The translations under genes were made by a program, and so were the position numbers. A stretch of 64,000 nucleotides of DNA, taken from a bacterium (GTDB lineage Bacteria; UBA8248). The notes under the pieces are model-generated. The model did not search any database. It saw nothing but the letters and a program-made list of their open reading frames with translations, and had not been told where the DNA came from. Below, piece by piece: positions 58,383 through 64,000 of the stretch (its first letter is position 1; every line of letters starts with the position of its first letter). The stretch is taken from positions 3,168,001 to 3,232,000 of the forward strand of contig OZ253442.1 in assembly GCA_965261085.1 (NCBI GenBank), read 5' to 3'.

Positions 58383-59921
58383 ATGGAATTGCTGAATTCC
58401 CCAGTCGCAGAACGCCGTGTCCCTGCCATCAGGATGCTGAACGTCACCAAAACGTTCCCCGGCGTAAGGGCTCTGGATAGCGTCAGTTTTGAAGTCGACC
58501 ACGGTGAGATACACGCGTTGGTCGGAGAGAATGGGTCAGGAAAGTCCACACTTTTGAAGTTGATGGTGGGCTCTTTCCCGATGAACTCCGGGCTGATCCA
58601 CATCAATGGGGATGAGGTTCGGCTGCGCTCACCGCGTGAAGCCAGGAAGCGATACGGTATCAAGATGATGCCGCAGGATGTCGAGTTGTGCGGACAACTG
58701 ATTACCGGTCGCAACATCATGCTGGGACTTGAGGGAGCGCTGGTCGACCGAAATAGACTGTCGCGGCGCGAGCGAGCAATAACGACGGAAGTGCTCCGCC
58801 TGATCGGTGCTCACGTGGATCCCCAGATCAAAGCGGAGGATTTAAGTACATCGGAGGCTCGATTTATCCAGATCGCTAACGCGCTCTTGCCTCCGGTGAG
58901 CGTGGTCCTTTGCGACGAGCCGACGGCGGTACTCTCCGCAGTGGATGCCGAGGCGCTTCTGGCCACCTTGACCAGGATTCGGAGCGAGGCAGGTACGGCC
59001 ATTGTATATGTCAGCCACCGGATCGGTGAGGTCCTCCAGATAGCTGACCGCATCACAATCCTGCGCGACGGCCGCAGCGTCGGTACGTTTCGACGCGACG
59101 AGATCAACCGACAACAAATGATTGAGCTGATGACCAAGTCCGCGCGCGTCGGCAAGCAAGGGGCGCCGGCTCAAGACGCTGCCCAGAGCGCAGCGAAAGG
59201 AGGCAAGCTGGCGGTTAAGGCACTTGGGCTTGGTCGAAGCTTTTCAGACGTCTCGTTCGAAGTAGCGGCGGGACAAATTGTGGGAATCGCCGGCGCACAA
59301 GGTGCGGGATTTGGTCCGCTGCTCGCTGCAATTGCGGGTCGTATCATATACGATGTCGGTACTATCGAGCTGGACGAGGTCACCATTCCGCCCGGCTCGA
59401 CCACGAAAGCGTACAAGCTTGGGATCGCGCTGGTCCCTGCCGATCGGCGGCAAGCGGGTATCGTCCCAACGCTCACGGTTCGGGAGAACATCGCCTTACC
59501 CGTTTCAGGCTCGCTTGGACGATACGGTTTCCGGCTTCGACGGGCCGAGCGAGAGACGAGCCGAAAGTGCGCTGAGTTATTCGATATCAGGGGAGCCGGG
59601 CTTAACACCAAGGCCGGAAACCTGAGCGGCGGCAACCAACAGAAATTAGCGATTGCTCGATCCCTTCAGGGGGACCCCAAGTTTCTTCTACTCGAAGAAC
59701 CCACGCAAGGCATCGATATTGGCGCCAAGACCGAGATCCGTCATCACATCAGCCAACTCGTTCGTAACGAGGGAATGGGCGCGTTGGTTGCAAGCTCCGA
59801 GTTTGAAGATCTAATCGGCTTTTCGGATGTCCTCCATGTGATGCGTCTGGGCCAGATAGTCGCAACATTCGACGGGAAGACGGCGACCTACTCGCAGATC
59901 CTTCACGCGGCGCTCCCATAG
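58383..59921 (+). CDS. CUT2 (RbsA-like) ABC ATP-binding protein
   Basis: GENGSGKST, DEPTA, LSGGNQQK, EEPTQGID. Confidence 0.92.
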   Translation: MELLNSPVAERRVPAIRMLNVTKTFPGVRALDSVSFEVDHGEIHALVGENGSGKSTLLKLMVGSFPMNSGLIHINGDEVRLRSPREARKRYGIKMMPQDVELCGQLITGRNIMLGLEGALVDRNRLSRRERAITTEVLRLIGAHVDPQIKAEDLSTSEARFIQIANALLPPVSVVLCDEPTAVLSAVDAEALLATLTRIRSEAGTAIVYVSHRIGEVLQIADRITILRDGRSVGTFRRDEINRQQMIELMTKSARVGKQGAPAQDAAQSAAKGGKLAVKALGLGRSFSDVSFEVAAGQIVGIAGAQGAGFGPLLAAIAGRIIYDVGTIELDEVTIPPGSTTKAYKLGIALVPADRRQAGIVPTLTVRENIALPVSGSLGRYGFRLRRAERETSRKCAELFDIRGAGLNTKAGNLSGGNQQKLAIARSLQGDPKFLLLEEPTQGIDIGAKTEIRHHISQLVRNEGMGALVASSEFEDLIGFSDVLHVMRLGQIVATFDGKTATYSQILHAALP

Positions 59922-60314
59922 GCGTCGGCGCTGATGCTGCGGCGAACGGCGCAGCGTTAAACTCCGGTGATATTGCAGTTGCACGTAATGTCGGAGTACA
60001 GCAGCCCTCTCTCATCTGCGTTCACATGGTGGACCAACTGACATTGCTGAATGTTGGCGCGCGGTGGCGGCTACACGCGGATGCCTCTCTCGACCTTGCC
60101 GGCACGCGGCGCGAGCGCGAGGACGCCGAGGAGCACGAACTCATGTTGCAGGCGATGCTGCGCTGGTAGCGGACGAGGTCCGCATACCGCTCACGGGTTG
60201 CTTCTCCCGCCCGCTGCGAGGAGAATGGCGCGTACCGATGAGCGGGAACCGGATGGTGGAGTCCCCGGCGCCGTAACGATGAAGGCCCGGACGGCGCCCT
60301 CGTCGCCTTCGCGC

Positions 60315-60587
60315 GCATCAACGCCTTCGTGGCCACCCTTGCCGGGATGACCATCTACCACGGCATCGCCCTCGTGGTCACGGATTCCTTTCCCGGTTAC
60401 GCGCTTCGGCGGGTGGTACCGCAACTTCGGGCAGGGGCACCCCTTCGGGCTGCCGATACCGATCTACGTTCTCATCATCGTCTACGTGGTGGCCCACATC
60501 GTGCTGACGCGCACGGCCTTCGGCGCGTCCGTCTACGCCGTGGGCGGGAATCAAGAGGCCGCCCGGCTCGGCCTCCCGTCGAGGTGA
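60315..60587 (+). pseudogene. Frameshifted internal fragment of an RbsC-like permease
   Basis: AFVATLAGMTIYHGIALVVT then, in another frame, GLPIPIYVLIIVYVVAHIVLTRTAFGASVYAVGGNQEAARLG. Confidence 0.7.
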
Positions 60588-61145
60588 GGCAAGGCTCAAG
60601 GATCTCTTACCGAGACTCGCGCCTCGCTTTTTTCTCACCCGCACGGGAATCGGTGCGCGATTATGCAGCAGAAAGGCCGGCCTCATCCGCATCTCCGCCT
60701 CCGACCCCCCTGAATCATGAAATTCCCCCCTTCGCAAACAGCCTCTCAAACTCAAACACCGGGGAAACCGCGTCTTTCAGGAAGTGAAGCCCGTTCGCAA
60801 ATAACCGGGAGCCGGAACGATGCATCCGCGGCACATCGGCGCGCGACGCCATCCTTCGAGGACACGCGCTCCACCCGCTCTCTCCCGAACCTCTCGGATC
60901 CGCAACCGGGTTCCGTCCTCCCGCGCTTTCGCTTGCATCGGCGGGGGTCCCGGTTGTATCATATGCGCATGTACAACCAGTTGAGCAGTCAGTCGACAAT
61001 CCATCGTGCGGGACGTAACGAACCGCCCGGCGTTTGAATTGCGGCGTGAGAGGTCGTCGGCTCGCGATGGCGCCCGTTCTCACACCCGTCGGGGATGGCC
61101 CGCATAGCGTAACGGTCCGATCGCACCCATTAGGGAGGAACAGAA

Positions 61146-62429
61146 ATGTCCAAGATCACGAGACGCGAGTTCCTGAAGTATTCGACCGCTGGTTCGTTGG
61201 CCGGCCTCGGCTCCCTGGCGGCGCCGGGAATCCTGACGTCGGCACGCGCCGCGTCCAAGCCCATTCGGATCGGCTGCCCGATGCCGCTCACCGGGCGGTA
61301 TTCCCGCGAGGCGCTGTACTGCGTCGAGGGCTACAAACTTTGGGCCAAGCACATCAACGAGAAGGGGTATAGCTACGGCAACGAGGGGCTTCCGCACCGC
61401 GAGCCCGGGCTCATCGGCGGGCGCAAGGTCGAGTTGACCATTCTCGACGATACGAGCGACCCCACCCAGGGCGCGCGGCTCATGCTTCATCTCATCCACA
61501 ACCAGAAGATCGACCTGCTGCTCGGTCCCTACGCCAGCTCCATCAACCTGGCGGTGCGGCCCATCATCGCCGCGGCGAAGATTCCTACTGTCAGCGCCAC
61601 CGCCTCCAGCCAGAAGATCTGGCTGGGCCAGAAGCTCAACTGGCAGGTGCAGCTCATGGTCCCGAGCCGCGACCGCTTCGCCGGCATGGAAGTGATGTGC
61701 AAGAACGCCGGGATGAAGAAGGTCGCCCTGTTGCACATCGACGACGCGATGCCGATCGCCGCGGCGGAGGGCGTGCGCAAGCGGATCCTGGCCGCGGGCC
61801 TCGACCTCGTCCTCGACGAGGCCTATCCCATCGGGATTCAGGACATGGTTCCGCTGGTCCGCAAGGCCCGGGACGCCGGCGCCGAGGTGCTCTGCGGCGG
61901 CGGCTACTCGGCCGACTCCATCCTGATCGCCAAGGCCGCCCTTTCGTTGAGATGGGCGCCCAAGGCGATCTGGTACATGTCCGCTCTCGGCCACGTGGAT
62001 TTCAATCAGGCGCTCGGGAAGAACGCGGCCTGGCATTGCAGCGACACCGAATGGCTCCCGACGGCCAACTGGCCCGGCAACAAGAAGTTCGTCGACGCCT
62101 TTAGCCGGGAGTACCGCAAGGCGCCCGACTGGCTCGCGGCGGCCGGATACGGCGGCTGTCAGATTCTCGAGGAGGCGGTCAAACGGGCCGGCTCGGTGGA
62201 GAATCGGGCGGCGATCCGCGACGTCATGTTCTCGCTCGACCGCGCCACCGTGTTCGGACGCTTCAGGGTGAACCCGTTGGGCCATCCCGACTCTGGGCTG
62301 CAGGTCGGCGGCACACGACTCGCTTTGCAGAACCAGCTCAAGAACGGCAAGGTGATGCCGGAGGTGATCTTCCCGAGCAAGATCGCCACCGCCAAGTTCG
62401 TGCACCCGTTCAAGTGGGAAGCCATGTAG
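61146..62429 (+). CDS. Branched-chain amino acid-type ABC substrate-binding protein, Tat signal
   Basis: TRREFLK, IG.PMPLTG, DDTSDP, LLGPYAS. Confidence 0.9.
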   Translation: MSKITRREFLKYSTAGSLAGLGSLAAPGILTSARAASKPIRIGCPMPLTGRYSREALYCVEGYKLWAKHINEKGYSYGNEGLPHREPGLIGGRKVELTILDDTSDPTQGARLMLHLIHNQKIDLLLGPYASSINLAVRPIIAAAKIPTVSATASSQKIWLGQKLNWQVQLMVPSRDRFAGMEVMCKNAGMKKVALLHIDDAMPIAAAEGVRKRILAAGLDLVLDEAYPIGIQDMVPLVRKARDAGAEVLCGGGYSADSILIAKAALSLRWAPKAIWYMSALGHVDFNQALGKNAAWHCSDTEWLPTANWPGNKKFVDAFSREYRKAPDWLAAAGYGGCQILEEAVKRAGSVENRAAIRDVMFSLDRATVFGRFRVNPLGHPDSGLQVGGTRLALQNQLKNGKVMPEVIFPSKIATAKFVHPFKWEAM

Positions 62430-62549
62430 GCGCAAGCGCCCCCCGGCGGAACCGTTGCATGCCGGAGGGAGTCCGCCTCGATTCGGGCTCCCGGCGGCTG
62501 CGCCGAGTCGCCGGCTTCGGCCAACCACCCATCGTTTGGGAAACCCGGC

Positions 62550-63425
62550 ATGATCGAAACACTCGGTACCTTCGGCGAGTTGATCGCGTTCGGGATCATC
62601 CTGGGGACGATGTACGCCCTGGTGGCCATCGGTCTGAGCCTGATCTTCGGCGTCTGCGGGGTCGTCAACGCGGCCCACGGCGACTTCGTGATGCTCGGCG
62701 CCTTCACCACCTTCGGCGCCTGGGCTTTCCTCGGACTGAACCCGCTGGTGGCGCTGCCCCTCAGCATGGCGGTGCTCTTCGCCGTCGGCTTCGGGCTGGG
62801 GCGTTTCCTGATCAACGTCGTCGCCGTCCGCGGGCTGATGCCGCCGATGATGCTGACCTTCGGGATCTCCATGATCCTGTGGAACACGGCGGAGGTGATC
62901 TTCACGCCGACCTTTCGCTCGGTCGACTATCTAGGCGAGCCGGTCACGCTCGGATTTCTCACCACCAGCAAGGCATATCTCGTCGCCTTCGCGCTGGCGC
63001 TGCTTCTGCTCGCCGCTTTCTTCGCCCTCCTCCGGTTCACGGCATACGGCGAGGCCATCCGCGCCACCGCGCAGAACCGGAATCTGGCGCAAGCCTGCGG
63101 AATCGACGTCAAACACGTCATGGCGGTGACCTTCGGCCTCGGCATCGCGCTCGCGGGCGCCTGCGGGACCATGGTGGCGATGGTATGGACGATATACCCG
63201 CAAATGGGGTTGATCTACGTAGCCAAGGCCTTCGCCATCGTCGTCATCGGCGGACTCGGGAGTCTGCCAGGCGCGTTTCTGGGGGCCTACATCTTCGGCA
63301 TCGTAGAGAGCGTCGGCACCTATTACCTGACGACGCGCATGGCGCAGGTGCTGCCTTTCCTGATCATCGTGCTGATTCTGGCCGTCCGGCGACGAGGTTT
63401 ACTCGGCCACGCGGTGGAGGATTGA
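62550..63425 (+). CDS. LivH-like ABC permease
   Basis: YALVAIGLSLIFG, VNAAHG, IRATAQN, VVIGGLGS. Confidence 0.92.
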   Translation: MIETLGTFGELIAFGIILGTMYALVAIGLSLIFGVCGVVNAAHGDFVMLGAFTTFGAWAFLGLNPLVALPLSMAVLFAVGFGLGRFLINVVAVRGLMPPMMLTFGISMILWNTAEVIFTPTFRSVDYLGEPVTLGFLTTSKAYLVAFALALLLLAAFFALLRFTAYGEAIRATAQNRNLAQACGIDVKHVMAVTFGLGIALAGACGTMVAMVWTIYPQMGLIYVAKAFAIVVIGGLGSLPGAFLGAYIFGIVESVGTYYLTTRMAQVLPFLIIVLILAVRRRGLLGHAVED

Positions 63426-63432
63426 TTCGGCT

Positions 63433-64000
63433 ATGACCTGGAGACGCGCGGTTCCCGTCGTCGGCGCCGTGGGCCTGATCGCCTACGCGGTCCTCGCGGG
63501 TACTGCGCCGCTCTATCTGGGCCCGGCGGCGCTCTCCCTGCTGTTCCTGACCCTCTACTACATCTGCCTCGCCGGCGCCTGGAACTTCTTCTCCGGCTTT
63601 TCCGGCTATATCAATTTCGGCTTCGTCCTGTTCGTCGGGCTCGGCATGTACGCCTCGGTGATCGGCTTCGTCGATTTCAAAATGGGACTGATCCCGGGCT
63701 ACCTGACGGGCGGGCTCGCCGCCGCCCTCGTCGCGGCGGTGATAGGCTATCCGCTGCTGCGCATTCGCGGGGCCTATTTCGCGATCTCCATGCTGGCCCT
63801 GGCCGAGGGAGCCCGGGTGCTCATATCCACCAAATACCTGACGCCGTTTACGCGCGGCGGCGCCGGCATGCCCGTCCTCGCGGGAAACCTGACCCAGAAG
63901 TACTACGCCATCTTCCTGCTCGCGGTCTGCATCGTGCTGGCGACCATGTTCTTTGCCCGCTCGTACTTCGGCCTGTTGCTTATCGCCGTACGGGAAGACG
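63433..64000 (+). CDS. LivM-like ABC permease, 3'-truncated by window edge
   Basis: ATG 63433 open to the end; WNFFSGFSGYINFG, LRIRGAYFAISML, IAVRED. Confidence 0.88.
   Translation, partial: MTWRRAVPVVGAVGLIAYAVLAGTAPLYLGPAALSLLFLTLYYICLAGAWNFFSGFSGYINFGFVLFVGLGMYASVIGFVDFKMGLIPGYLTGGLAAALVAAVIGYPLLRIRGAYFAISMLALAEGARVLISTKYLTPFTRGGAGMPVLAGNLTQKYYAIFLLAVCIVLATMFFARSYFGLLLIAVRED

Overview
GC-rich bacterial window of catabolic and transport genes, with no rRNA, tRNA or CRISPR seen. 1-16.5 kb: atypical LeuC/LeuD pair, sat, two sulfotransferases, an Ntn hydrolase, a DUF3604 protein, TAXI-TRAP and TctABC transporters, and comA. 16.7-35.6 kb (minus strand) holds the main finding, two tandem operons each headed by a probable selenoprotein that the ORF track splits at an in-frame UGA (D-U-G-S-C at 35140-35142, V-U-G-G-C at 24820-24822). 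Both UGAs are followed 11 nt later by near-identical SECIS-like hairpins. Each UxxC protein is coupled to, and in one case fused with, an uncharacterised 'DG(L/M)PxIPPT' protein family (three copies), plus an ABC importer and a flavoprotein, PLP enzyme or M20 hydrolase. The UxxC segment resembles the Sec region of Stickland reductase protein B, which suggests an undescribed Sec-dependent catabolic system (inference). 35.8-43.1 kb: amidohydrolases, a ThrC-like enzyme, AzlCD, a REP doublet and a UxaA-like enzyme. 43.2-60.6 kb: a mosaic of modules and gene scars, including nsrR-globin-DUF1971 with an NsrR box, a RutB-like hydrolase, a perfect 40-bp palindrome, msrA, pyc, an AT-rich internally deleted tnpB element that keeps an omegaRNA-like pseudoknot, a Cro/excisionase remnant and a divergent adenine-deaminase/SDR/ABC operon. 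A Liv-type ABC operon runs off the right edge. Family assignments come from motif recognition only; no searches were run.
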